Below, one piece after another: positions 21,201 to 28,935 of a DNA stretch of 64,000 nucleotides (position 1 is its first letter; every line of letters starts with the position of its first letter). The DNA is taken from the IMG/VR virus record IMGVR_UViG_3300025392_000232, positions 31,129 through 95,128 of that record; one strand, 5' to 3'. The position numbers and the translations under genes were made by a program. This DNA is from a virus (taxonomy: Duplodnaviria; Caudoviricetes). The notes under the pieces are model-generated. The model saw only the letters and a list, made by a program, of their open reading frames with translations. It was not told the origin of the DNA and searched no databases.

Positions 21201-24200
21201 CTTATTACACTATTACTAATAGTAACTGCATTGTTTTCAATAATGCCAAATGTGGTTTGTAAACTAGAACTATAGTTAGTAGTATCGGGGTAAGTGGCAA
21301 CAGCAATTTGTACACTAGTACTAATAACACCAGTTACTAATGCTACTAAAGTAGTGATAGTAGTTGCTTGACCTGAACCAGCACTCCAGCTAGCATTGCT
21401 AACTTGATTTGTAATCTTACCGGCAACAGTTTGACTACCAGTAACTGTTGAAGCAAAGCTAACGCTTGTTGCTGTACAATTAGTTACAGTCCAGTAACCG
21501 TTGTAACCAGTAGGAGCCATTCCCTGAATGGTAATAACTTGTCCATTGGTATAAGGTGCAGATCCTTGATTAGCAAAAGTTATTGTGGCAGTTGTACCAT
21601 TACCACTAGCTCCTGTTGTTGTAATATAGTTTCCAGGAGCAGGACTTGACGCACTATTAGATATGACATCTCTAACTACGTTGCTTAGATGGTTAAGGCC
21701 GGCTAAACATGCATCTTTATGTGAAGGCAATAATTGTGCAATACCGTTGGCATAATATTGATTGGCAGCCTGCACAGTTGCAGAGTTACCGCCATAGGTA
21801 ATATCATATGCCAATGCTTCTAATACATAAGTTACATCTCGTGTTGATTGGCTTAGGCTGTAAGGAACATTAGGATATGCGTTAGTCATAAACGCATTAA
21901 TCTCAGCTGTAATATAAGGTATGTTAGCTATAATGGCAGCTTGTGCGGCAACATTACTAGCGGCCAATCCACTTGGATTAGTAAATGTTGGAGTAGTTCT
22001 AGAGTTGATACCTTGGTTTACTAAATTTAAAATATTATTAAACAAGCTGGCGATTGTTGCTTGTTGTGTAGGATCGTTTAGAACTGGGAAGTTATTGTTT
22101 ACGTAGGTAACTGCGCTGGTTTCTAAAGCAACTTTATTATACTGAATAGTTCCACTAGCAGGATTTGTAAATGCTCCAACGATTCCAGTTAATGTACTTG
22201 ATACACCAGTTAATACTGGATAGATAGAAGTTGCACTTGGCTGACTTACGCTATTAACAATAGCCTGGATACTTGCAACGTTAGCACTAATAGAACTACT
22301 AGCAACACTACCTCCAGATAATGTTACGTTAGCATACTGAATAACACCAGTTTGATATAGTGTAGCTGGTGGGTTATTGGTAATAACAGCCTGTGCTAAT
22401 GTGTTGATATAACCAATTGCCGCAACAGTTCCAGATTGTTCGTAGCTGGCAATTTGTAATTTACTATTCAACCAATATGATAATCCAGCATAGATACTTG
22501 CACTATTTCCTCCATACATTGTATCGTAACATAGTGCCCAAACAATATATTTGACATCGCGTTGGCAAGTTGTTTTACTGAATGTCAGTGTTGGGTAGTT
22601 AGCTTGCAAGTATGCAATGATTTCTGTTTGAATAAAATTAATGTTGTTTAACAACAATGATACTGCACTAGTTTCACCACTGCTAGAAACATAAGTTTCA
22701 TTTAAGAACAAGATAACATTTGATTGTATAGTACTTAGACCGGTTAGTACAGTTGTACGTGATGGGTTCTTAGAGTAGTTTACACCGTATGTATAACTTG
22801 GAGCAACACTTATTGGATTAGAACTTAGACCGTTATTGATAACATTAATCACATAACCTAAAAGTGTACTAACTTGTGTTGCAGCCTGCGAACTTCCTAC
22901 ACCAGCAGTAGTACTTTGTGTAGTATTATTACCAACAGACTTGGACCAACTTGTACTACCGGTAATTATAAAACCGATAATACTTTGCAATCTAGTAAAT
23001 GCACTAGCTACCTGTGCATATTCTTGACTAATAGTACTTACACCGCTACCATTATAGTAAGCATCTACCGCAATGACAGTAGCTGTGTTACCACCATATA
23101 GCAAGTCAAATGTTAATGCATCGATTAGGTATCCTGTGTCTCTACGACAGTTGTCTTCGTTATACAATGGAATGCTGCCAGGTACTAAATTAGCATTAAT
23201 GTATGCAATAGTCTCGTCAATTAAAAATTGGCGGTTAGCAATCAATTCAGCCGCGCCATTTGTAACACCAGACAATGCACCACCTAGTGTTGAACCTGTT
23301 GGATTACTAAATGTTAATGCTGGTGCACCTACTGTACTTACAGCGTTGATAATACTAGTAACCACATTCATACTATTAGTAATGCTAGTAATAGCCGCAG
23401 AGTCACTTAGTAACGCAATTACTTGATCTCTAGCGTAGTTTAAACCTGCAATAGTCTGTGCTTTTTGACTAGTAGTCACAGTTGAACTATAACTTCTTAA
23501 GTAAGAAAATGCCGCAGTGATTGTGCGATAATTAGTGCCAAAAATTAAATCATCTAATACTGCATTAACAATCAATCCAACGTCGCGTGAACATTTGTTA
23601 GTGTCATATGTAAATCCAGTACTTTGACTGACTGCTGGGAATGATGGTGTCGGTAGGATGCCGGTAACAATTATGTTACCAATATTGGCACAAATTGAAG
23701 TAATAGTAGCTGTTGCACTAGGAACTGCGGCTACAGCAGGTATTGCATTAATATTGACAGCAAGATTATTTAATGTACTTACAATTCCTGATGGAGCAGT
23801 AGTGCTAGCCTCCATCGATCCACCATCAGTAGTTAAACCATAAGTAGGACCATTTAGTGTTTGACTAATTGTAATTGTTGCACTGTCTAGAATACTTGCA
23901 ATGTAATAAGTATTACCTGTAATTATATTACCAAAACTTGTTCCGCTGAAAGTAATAGCAGTTCCTACTACCATACTCTTCGTACTGGCTACTGTGATAG
24001 TATTGTTAGTTCCTGTTATACTTATTGGTGCACCTAGCGTACCTGCATTTTGACTAATGCTAACTGTGTATGTACCTGCAACACCTAGACCAGTTAATAG
24101 CCCAGTAATTTTCGTACCAGCTGTTACACCAAATCCAGTAATAGTCATGCCAACTGCAAATCTACCAGCGATAGTTCCTCCTACAGTTAATACTGTTCCT

Positions 24201-25963
24201 GCAATGAAACTTTGTGTTCCAGTAGCAACACCACTAGTAGCAGTTGCCTGAGTATTAATTATAGTTGCAGTTGTTTCTAAACCAGTGTTTGCATATGAGA
24301 ATGCCAAGGCTGCCTGAATGCTATTATAGTTAGTTCCTAATAATAGATCGTAACAAACAGCATCTATAACTGTGCTTAGGTAAGTTTGTAAATTAGTTGT
24401 GCTATAAGCATAATTTAGAATCTGACTCTCAGCATTTTGAATAGCCGCTACAATAGTTGTTAAGTTTCCAATAACATCGGAGTTGTATGCATCAAATAAT
24501 TTGCTGGCCTGTGTTACACTGTTAAAATTAGTGCCTTCCAACAAGTCATAACCGACACCTGTTACAATGTCTTGTATAATTTTGTTATAACGTGTTTTGT
24601 CAAAACTAAACGTGTTTACATATTTTTGATTCAGATAAGCAAGTGTTTCGTTTTGGATAAAAGATTTATTAGCTTCTAACAAACTAGCGGCATCTAAATA
24701 TCCTTGTACTCCGCTATTACCTCCGCTAAATGTGACACTTAAAATACTACTTTGATATTGGTTAGGTCCAATGGTATAAGCAATGGTCTGACGATATGGT
24801 CCAGGTTCGCCAAACGCTAATGTGATCAAATTGTCAGCTTGCAAACAGGCCGCGCCCACTGTCTTATAAGCATAGCGTGGACTACGACCTTCTCGACCAG
24901 CAGGTGTGTTCTTTTGGGTATCATCTCCAGCCATGCTTACATATAAGTTTACATTACTGTAGTAGGTACTATTATCTACATAAAATTTAGTAGCGGCTTG
25001 TAAGTCATCTTGACCATTTCTAACACCAAAGCCACTCATGCTACCAGGATGGTCGCTAAGTGTCAGAGCACCAGTCATCTTATCGCCATCACGTAGTACT
25101 ACATGTTTACGTTGTACAGCTTCTTGTCCTGTATAATTACCACTTAGTGTTGGATCATAATCTGGTTCGTTAGTTTGCGCAATAGTCGGCATTTCACGTA
25201 CACGTAATGGTCCAGTAACTTGTCCATTAACAACTTGTAAGTAATGATTATTAGCATAGTTAACTGTTACTGCTAACTGACCTAACGTAGTTTGTACACC
25301 ACTCTTGGCATAAACAGCGTTGAATGCATCTACCAAGTTACTACTTGGATCACTTAAACGTCCAATGGTAAACAAGTTGGCATTGATAGGAGCACCCATA
25401 GTAGGTTGATTATCACTAACAAGACCTGCGGCATTAGCAGTAATCACCACTTGTGCATTATTTCCAGAGTCAATAGTAATACCGTCACCAGCTACTAGAT
25501 TTCTAGCACTTAGACTTCCGCCTGTTGTGCTACCCATAATAACTTGATTAGCACTATACGGAGTTCCAGTGATTAAACCAGTTTGTGTAATTGGAGATGT
25601 AACTGTACTTGCAAATGTAACACTAGTTGCAGTAGAATATAAAACCTTATATGTTCCGTTATAAGTAGCCGGAGTAACTTTGCTGATAACAATGTTCTGT
25701 CCAATGCTAAAAGGCAGTCCTAATTGCGGAGCACCATTGGTAAAGTTAATTGTAGTATTAGTACCATTACCGCTAGCAGTGGTAATTTGATAAGCAGTCG
25801 TACCTGGAGCATCAGCAAGCTGTCCAAAACCAATACTACCGCCAGCACCAAAAATAGCATATATTTCTGTAAAGTTTGAGTTAACTTTTTCAAACGATGT
25901 ACGTATACTATCGCCTGTGCCGTCATTACCTTGGATACCAATATCAATTATTTGTTGTGTCAT
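12251..25963 (-). CDS. Giant (4570 aa) tail fibre/spike protein
   Basis: gp9/gp10-like N-terminus (GNDGTGDSIRTSFEKVNSNF); beta-helix entry motif IFVESGTYYEDYPIKLPANVSIFGD; helical CxRD repeats; C-terminal DLAEYY...GTVLVFGG...ALAGRVSCKV intramolecular-chaperone (peptidase G2-like) domain. Confidence 0.85.
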   Translation of the reverse strand: MTQQIIDIGIQGNDGTGDSIRTSFEKVNSNFTEIYAIFGAGGSIGFGQLADAPGTTAYQITTASGNGTNTTINFTNGAPQLGLPFSIGQNIVISKVTPATYNGTYKVLYSTATSVTFASTVTSPITQTGLITGTPYSANQVIMGSTTGGSLSARNLVAGDGITIDSGNNAQVVITANAAGLVSDNQPTMGAPINANLFTIGRLSDPSSNLVDAFNAVYAKSGVQTTLGQLAVTVNYANNHYLQVVNGQVTGPLRVREMPTIAQTNEPDYDPTLSGNYTGQEAVQRKHVVLRDGDKMTGALTLSDHPGSMSGFGVRNGQDDLQAATKFYVDNSTYYSNVNLYVSMAGDDTQKNTPAGREGRSPRYAYKTVGAACLQADNLITLAFGEPGPYRQTIAYTIGPNQYQSSILSVTFSGGNSGVQGYLDAASLLEANKSFIQNETLAYLNQKYVNTFSFDKTRYNKIIQDIVTGVGYDLLEGTNFNSVTQASKLFDAYNSDVIGNLTTIVAAIQNAESQILNYAYSTTNLQTYLSTVIDAVCYDLLLGTNYNSIQAALAFSYANTGLETTATIINTQATATSGVATGTQSFIAGTVLTVGGTIAGRFAVGMTITGFGVTAGTKITGLLTGLGVAGTYTVSISQNAGTLGAPISITGTNNTITVASTKSMVVGTAITFSGTSFGNIITGNTYYIASILDSATITISQTLNGPTYGLTTDGGSMEASTTAPSGIVSTLNNLAVNINAIPAVAAVPSATATITSICANIGNIIVTGILPTPSFPAVSQSTGFTYDTNKCSRDVGLIVNAVLDDLIFGTNYRTITAAFSYLRSYSSTVTTSQKAQTIAGLNYARDQVIALLSDSAAITSITNSMNVVTSIINAVSTVGAPALTFSNPTGSTLGGALSGVTNGAAELIANRQFLIDETIAYINANLVPGSIPLYNEDNCRRDTGYLIDALTFDLLYGGNTATVIAVDAYYNGSGVSTISQEYAQVASAFTRLQSIIGFIITGSTSWSKSVGNNTTQSTTAGVGSSQAATQVSTLLGYVINVINNGLSSNPISVAPSYTYGVNYSKNPSRTTVLTGLSTIQSNVILFLNETYVSSSGETSAVSLLLNNINFIQTEIIAYLQANYPTLTFSKTTCQRDVKYIVWALCYDTMYGGNSASIYAGLSYWLNSKLQIASYEQSGTVAAIGYINTLAQAVITNNPPATLYQTGVIQYANVTLSGGSVASSSISANVASIQAIVNSVSQPSATSIYPVLTGVSSTLTGIVGAFTNPASGTIQYNKVALETSAVTYVNNNFPVLNDPTQQATIASLFNNILNLVNQGINSRTTPTFTNPSGLAASNVAAQAAIIANIPYITAEINAFMTNAYPNVPYSLSQSTRDVTYVLEALAYDITYGGNSATVQAANQYYANGIAQLLPSHKDACLAGLNHLSNVVRDVISNSASSPAPGNYITTTGASGNGTTATITFANQGSAPYTNGQVITIQGMAPTGYNGYWTVTNCTATSVSFASTVTGSQTVAGKITNQVSNASWSAGSGQATTITTLVALVTGVISTSVQIAVATYPDTTNYSSSLQTTFGIIENNAVTISNSVISYLSTTFAGGFSYNQATCSRDIGYIIDGMIIDLLTDGTYQSITAGKSYYKNVSAKAIAIGTQYSETVDGIQFAQQLATQCLNQVTQTRYQTLVTQQTNATLGTTYNATVGTNTATAAFVSNTTTTLTLSNVTGTLVPGMTISGSGFTNTTSVTITNILSPTLVTISAAPAGTPGNGATLTFTATPITEFNANMNTIVSIIANGIGAAPAPSFGTGYYTITFANGGNGSVDQGQAGSNHIIPGKVLVGVNSSAYGQIISYTAGVSTNYDTITVNMTRPGFFNVVPTTVTGTIGQYTLTASSTTYTIPFNSISTITVGMGVTGGGIATGTFVTGVSGNTVTLNKALLSNLTNSNATFGEKLDFGETVADLNIKIFVESGTYYEDYPIKLPANVSIFGDDFRRTIIRPLDRVSQSPWRTTFFYRDAVIDGLQLGLIDFSSDFAAITGTTLSINGTTGTITATLGSGQASPYWIGKIIVDATSETGTAGKAVINTVSGNTMSCTVIYPFATVATYTVGNWHIYGTFNYGRHYLTNPLDVTSTPKNNKLMDVFLCNDATRIKLVSCQGHGGFMMVLDPTGQIKTKSPYAQESASFSGSTNRQRFAGGQFIDGFAGRLKGTITSIASLGQTITVTGYLNSGLDVRPPQTPCAFYVSGARYQINNVLSYNSGTYTAVLGLDTATPFYPSASYGNSILTTNLSGGTITVNSASVTAPSLIDAVNLDLVFGSNYQSVKYGIVFLQPQNAVVGVPQTLVTQAFSYIATQIATLGTVDAAGISSAASSVNIVNNIIVNGIYGNTSAGIPTLTFPNPTNATANVTNAKTLLQANRAFIQAEIVARLAANYNVASYSSYSAVTMSNNIGFAIDALTYDMLYTGTTASYDVAQWIYNSNLILLNGAAIGYLSTIVGQIVQKTAVTKSAGNVLTQNTTGTAGTSAEATTLATLCAIFTDYVADGKFDTSTRTAPLTSMINGQTSALVTDYNNIVTAKTTLTSNTITYVNNGAGISINMEMGGNKSMLANDYTQINDLGYGILCTNAGLTEQVSTFTYYCYTAYWALNGGQIRSVAGSNANGVYGLRGTGSDVTEQPDSVNLSYNMMQSARVYKQGAFTATMTPTATQAALSVYAIGWEYIPPGTTELEIDHTLAGGGITRYLISTVTHTSVTVNGQNVLQLTLSTAGTENTATGGLAYPLYDGQVITMRVLQNILFYNIDNVKPVRPSTALQYTNNLATIYRIIAYNLVQSTGEQLPANQSLLQFDSSFVYYKFVVDTSNMFNADPTVTVATANVALTPTSGGTTLYVITSSIVGSIATGQYVGGYGFQNIKVVSTSVSGANTVITLSGTPAISAVGSVYFSTSTQGGNIGDNKIAVLQISDAATISQMNTGTYLFAWNGRTHRVVSYVQPTSVGTGLYSAYTAVSTTYTLTVQNFSGTISAGQIITGTGFNGTQKVVSYTTSVIPGTTNTQAVVILDTPATGTPSGSITFGGFSVNGYLQIDSNPVANIGAYGTGINSMTYISDALATGSTTSKVVTYQIPFNTIYAYPPVDSYLSVTGNANTNYNGNYLVTAITNTSQLTVADTTNIKVGMVITTSASGAFVEGAATTPSGSTIVQSVDSSTQFTVSPGVWVQPSTSITAILVATVASITITNAGSGYVKAPTIKFSGGGLADNSTSHALATCTIDSFGSISSVTRVSPGSGYTSIPTITLSGNSGTASTTTSGTNLITLNSTANLQTGAVITFSGTTFGNLQTLTNYYIASIIGNKITVSGSNLLTPVFVLTDGSGSQMTWSTPGTGVLTAVLTSNPQVVTTTTASTNTINMSLLYPTDPGTSGNATTTTSPSTITLSSVTNVSIGNKIIFGGTAFGGIPTAAVTAGSFVIGNSYTIVSGAGINASGSTTNYTDFTAIGAANNNIGTTFKATGIGSGVGTANPTFYIVSLSGNNITIANTKGGSALTTITSSSSATTTFYSPSYGGINQDITPSAIGTPTLTATQTINGTTYTNYYNVSFTIPSTSITAGTYYRVTGNTNSLYNGYWLTANSTASSTTLTLIYPFSPGTAGAAATTVVAKEVTSASSSSLGISRPFNASQSTTLRMGYPATQTGQITIRISTCRATGHDFLDIGTGGFITTNYPNQIYGNAAIASNDSNDVVEETVGRVFHVSTDQNGIFRVGRFFKVDQGTGTVTFSASIALSNLDGLGFKRGVVVSEFSTDANMTQNAPDTVPTQSAIRSFVDYRLGLDYGGTPVANTNLIGPGYLALNGALAMKGNLNMAGYTIGNLFMPNSSITQYDAVNRGYVDASSTGLNNLYKLGDVAVKATGTYVGFAASGGLPTVYTLSLSSVYGTIVPGMVLQSGSGYTGGQTVLSVSLTSGLFPAGASGTVTLSGNLTGASGTLVFTSYANGNFLLYDSTLSQWTNIAPPASSAPTGSPAGSHIGFTFTHGTPGTLVTTIQGSVIVDSMVNASAAIVQSKLAMNVAKGLATNTSGSGLAGAIVQADLGLSVFNNNVFNVSGTGWVDLLDSTSSTTGIALSKLRQMATGYLLGNRSGVPAVPSLITPANVVTDGDGIKNVLFGAANSVTTDAAASVMLAKYDNSNTSNNTYGLLGITTTGSGSKIVKTGTNGEITTTQLKVNGSKTIDSTGSTLNFYTPGAFNFLSTVDVAGSATTTVNGLLNATIQSVSIQSGATTTDTSIVGSLYGSWALGANAVFSFNNGTLQTTNITSGSATTAGTITGNWSHNGKIRRTAAGLGYLDGNYPSVETTSTSGVIYSIGGTYAPGSTDLGTMYGVGFGYSGAGGAIKNPGGVSNSKWGLYVASNGTASIFLNSDDGSGHFSGAVNTATLNGNGPGTYGSGTINGAWSLGTNATITATYAADLAEYYEGDKTYEIGTVLVFGGDKEVTTTDTMNDTRLAGIVSDNAAYIMYDACPGEKNLIALAGRVSCKVVGRVKKGDMLTTSATPGYAVKALTPTLGSIVGKALEDKDYGEAGIIQVAVGRA
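18590..24690 (-). repeat. About nine helical protein repeats, LxxNxxFIxxExxAY...(C)xRDxxYxxDAxxYDxxYGGN
   Basis: Visible in translation: KCSRDVGL, NCRRDTGY, TCQRDVKY, QSTRDVTY, TCSRDIGY plus four degenerate copies. Confidence 0.8.
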
Positions 25964-25969
25964 TTTAAC

Positions 25970-26293
25970 TTAAACTCCGAAACTGCTACCGCAGCCGCAT
26001 TTGGTTGTTGCATTAGGGTTGTTTATAACAAAGTTACTACCCATTAATTCTTCTTTATAATCTATCTCTGCACCTGTCATATATTGCATACTCATGCTGT
26101 CTACAAGTACTCGAAATTCATCTAGGGGGATTTCAAAATCATCTTCGTTGGCTACTTCGTCTAGAGTAAAGCCGTAGGAAAAACCTGAGCAACCGCCACC
26201 TTGTACAAACGCTCGTAATGCTAAACTAGGATTTCCTTCTTCATAAAGGATATCTTTAATTTTTTCTTTTGCTGACGCTGAAATTGTGATCAC
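25970..26293 (-). CDS. A-type Fe-S carrier (IscA/ErpA/HesB family)
   Basis: GGGCSGFSY and CGCGSSF. Confidence 0.92.
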   Translation of the reverse strand: MITISASAKEKIKDILYEEGNPSLALRAFVQGGGCSGFSYGFTLDEVANEDDFEIPLDEFRVLVDSMSMQYMTGAEIDYKEELMGSNFVINNPNATTKCGCGSSFGV

Positions 26294-26353
26294 ATTTAGC
26301 CCTCGATATAATATTTATCAAAGGCATTTTATAATCTTAATGTAAATAACTGT

Positions 26354-26647
26354 ATGTACTTGACCACAGAATACCAGCATACACAGTATGTACGTACCAG
26401 CAAGCGCGGTAAACATCATACATATAGTCGTAAAAAGACTATAGTTGTGTTTAGGTGTGATTCATGTCAGGGTATTTTCAAGAGAGATAAAGGAAGTATG
26501 GATCCTAATCGCTTGAATAACAACTATTACCACGTGTGTGGTGATTGTGATGCTAAAAAGTTTGCCCAGGAAAAGGGTGTAGAAAGTCGTAAAGTTTGGG
26601 ATATGCCTGTAAGTAGTCTTAAGACGTTAGGCCAATTCGGGAGCTGA
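26354..26647 (+). CDS. Zinc-ribbon hypothetical protein
   Basis: CDSC and CGDC; TAAATA 5 nt before the ATG. Confidence 0.7.
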   Translation: MYLTTEYQHTQYVRTSKRGKHHTYSRKKTIVVFRCDSCQGIFKRDKGSMDPNRLNNNYYHVCGDCDAKKFAQEKGVESRKVWDMPVSSLKTLGQFGS

Positions 26648-27179
26648 CAATATTCCAGTTGATAATCGTCCACTGGTTAGATAGATAACGCTTTTTATCG
26701 GCTTGATAATCTAAAGCCCACGCATGTTCCCACCAGTCAACTAGTAGTACTATATCCATCTTTACTTGATGATTTTTAATAGTTTTTATTTCACCGTTAG
26801 TAGCTAGATAAATCCATCCTGAGCCTTGTATTTTCATAGCTTCTTTTTCAAATTCAGTTTTAAAATTATCAAAACTTTTGAAATACTTGTTGATAAAATT
26901 ACCAGCAATATTAGTTGGTTGATTCGATGCTACCGGTGCGTGATATTGTGTGAATAAAATATGGTGTAAAAATGCACCTGCTTCGTTAAAATCAGCATCT
27001 CCTTCACCATTATTAAAACGATCAACATATCCTTTGTACAATTTACCATAATGATAGCGCATTGTGTCTTCGGATATAGCCGGCTCTAATTCATCCTTTT
27101 TATAAGGAAGTATTGCCTGCTCTAAAGTTTTGGGACTTTTACCCTCGTTTAGACTAACATATCTAATAAAGTTGTACAT
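26619..27179 (-). CDS. sod: Fe/Mn superoxide dismutase
   Basis: LPYKKDELEPAIS, YHYGK, QGSGW, DWWEHA; all four metal ligands recognisable. Confidence 0.9.
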   Translation of the reverse strand: MYNFIRYVSLNEGKSPKTLEQAILPYKKDELEPAISEDTMRYHYGKLYKGYVDRFNNGEGDADFNEAGAFLHHILFTQYHAPVASNQPTNIAGNFINKYFKSFDNFKTEFEKEAMKIQGSGWIYLATNGEIKTIKNHQVKMDIVLLVDWWEHAWALDYQADKKRYLSNQWTIINWNIVSSRIGLTS

Positions 27180-27220
27180 AATGATATTTATCGTATAAAT
27201 ATTCTACAGGAGATATAACC

Positions 27221-27511
27221 ATGTTACATCACATTAAAAAATTATTTGGCACTAAACCTAAAGAAGCACCAGCACCGATCAGATATGAAGATCAAATACA
27301 ATCAAAAATTGATATTTCATTTCCAGATTCAGCAGTTGCTCCATATAAAGTAGAAACACCGTCACCTGCTGTTGAAGCAATGGTAACTAGCTTAGTAGTA
27401 GAAGGGGCCGGGACTGTTGAAGTTCCAGCTAAGCCAGCTAAAAAAACTGCGGCCAAAAAAGCACCAGCTGAAAAGAAGCCACGTGCTCCACGCAAGCCTA
27501 AAGCAGAGTAA
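27221..27511 (+). CDS. Hypothetical protein with a Lys/Ala/Pro-rich histone-like tail
   Basis: PAKPAKKTAAKKAPAEKKPRAPRKPKAE; TATAAATA at 27194-27201 and AGGAG SD. Confidence 0.75.
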   Translation: MLHHIKKLFGTKPKEAPAPIRYEDQIQSKIDISFPDSAVAPYKVETPSPAVEAMVTSLVVEGAGTVEVPAKPAKKTAAKKAPAEKKPRAPRKPKAE

Positions 27512-28523
27512 GTTTCTTAGCCTGCTCGTATAGAGCAAAGCTAGCAAGGTTTTTACCTTTGGATTCGCACATAATATCGTGTGTATTTAAAAAGCTCAAA
27601 GCCCATTCATTCGATGCTGTATTCCAGTAAAAATCTGAATGTGCTCTGAGCTTTTGTTTTTTGTAACCTTCTTTTAGTAAGTTTTCGTGGTGCGGCATTA
27701 TACTAGTGTCATGATCTACGAGATAGTCTTCGCGAGATATTGAATAATGACAAGTAGGGCGCAGACCGCGCCAACTATCCACGACACGCTTAACGCGACT
27801 ATCCTGGTTACTGATGTATTCGCCTTCACGTATCCAGTGATGGTGTATATCAAGCACAATAGGAACGATATCGCTAATAGTAAGACAGTCATCTAATCCC
27901 CATAAGTTTTCTTCGTTTTCAATTGTAATACAGTTGCGGGCTTCGGGTGAGAGTTTGTTGTAGGCACGTCGAATACCTTCGGGACCTTGTTTACCCGAGA
28001 TGTGGACATTGATTTTAAAATCCTGGAAGGTTTTACCGTAGCCCATGTAACGTGCCATATCAGCATGATATTCAAACTCTGCTATTGACCGTTCAACAAT
28101 GCCTGGGTTATCACTTGCCATGACTGTAAACTGCCCAGGATGCATAGACAACCGAACATTGCTATTGCGAGCAATATCGCCCACTCTTTTGAACGCGGCG
28201 GCCGCGTATGAAACCACGTCAGGTTTATGCCAATAACTAGCATAGTCAGCGTGAGTATAAGCAGGCAAGATGTCACTACTAATCCTAACCATCCTAAGAT
28301 GAGGGTCAAGTGTACTGACACGTTCAACCAATCTCCGTGTTGCTTCGATATTGCCTACCATTAGGTCCCATAATTTCTGCTCCGCGACTTCTCTCGATTG
28401 TCTATTTAACCAAGAAATAGTTGTTGTACCAGTATTATACTGTTTGGCATCGTCCTTTGGACCAATGCCATCTGTTTGATGTGGAAAATCGATCCACTTA
28501 CATGCAAAGCCTATACGTTTCAT
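27498..28523 (-). CDS. uvsE: UV-damage endonuclease (probable start MKRIGFACK at 28523)
   Basis: RISSD, RLSMHPGQF, INVHISG, TIENE, LDIHHH, RAHSD, DIMCESKGK. Confidence 0.92.
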   Translation of the reverse strand: MKRIGFACKWIDFPHQTDGIGPKDDAKQYNTGTTTISWLNRQSREVAEQKLWDLMVGNIEATRRLVERVSTLDPHLRMVRISSDILPAYTHADYASYWHKPDVVSYAAAAFKRVGDIARNSNVRLSMHPGQFTVMASDNPGIVERSIAEFEYHADMARYMGYGKTFQDFKINVHISGKQGPEGIRRAYNKLSPEARNCITIENEENLWGLDDCLTISDIVPIVLDIHHHWIREGEYISNQDSRVKRVVDSWRGLRPTCHYSISREDYLVDHDTSIMPHHENLLKEGYKKQKLRAHSDFYWNTASNEWALSFLNTHDIMCESKGKNLASFALYEQAKKLTLL

Positions 28524-28681
28524 TACCAATGCCTTATGACGCCTGCGATTATAAAAGTGTTTGTAAGTATATATGATAACACAATTAGGGTACGAATGCA
28601 AGCAATTCGATCCGATTCCTCGTCTGTTTTGCCTGCTTTTTCTCCTAAAGCCTTGGCCCAAAGTCGCCAAAGCCTCTTCAT
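28523..28681 (-). CDS. 52-aa small membrane protein (MKRLWRLWAKALGEKAGKTDEESDRIACIRTLIVLSYILTNTFIIAGVIRHW), not in the ORF track
   Basis: Hand translation; TAATG coupling on both sides. Confidence 0.75.
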   Translation of the reverse strand: MKRLWRLWAKALGEKAGKTDEESDRIACIRTLIVLSYILTNTFIIAGVIRHW

Positions 28682-28935
28682 TAGCTAGCCCAATATTTAA
28701 TTATTCCTACAACATACATAATACAAACTATGGCTTCAACGATAATCAAAGACCATTTACGCCAGATGATGCCTGTAAACAACCAAAGTAGATTGGTTAC
28801 GAGACTAGCGTACAAGTATTCTGGATAGTAGTTGAGACTGGTAAGTGCTACTGATATCAAAAAAGATACAGTAGCAATCCATTCAATATAGATCTTACCC
28901 TTCGTAAATAGCTGAGTTAGCACCGTGTTCTGCAC
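28681..28935 (-). CDS. Small multi-TM membrane protein (start uncertain)
   Basis: Three hydrophobic segments. Confidence 0.55.
   Translation of the reverse strand: MQNTVLTQLFTKGKIYIEWIATVSFLISVALTSLNYYPEYLYASLVTNLLWLFTGIIWRKWSLIIVEAIVCIMYVVGIIKYWAS

Noticed and set aside
12726-25947. Many 60-120 aa ORFs overlapping the giant fibre gene (mostly + strand), and similar ones opposite other genes
   Set aside because: Shadow ORFs produced by Thr/Gly/Ser/Val-rich codon bias; no recognisable motifs or expression signals
28524-28670. 49-aa N-terminal extension of UvsE in the ORF track
   Set aside because: Homology starts at MKRIGFACK; the region is better explained by a coupled 52-aa gene in another frame
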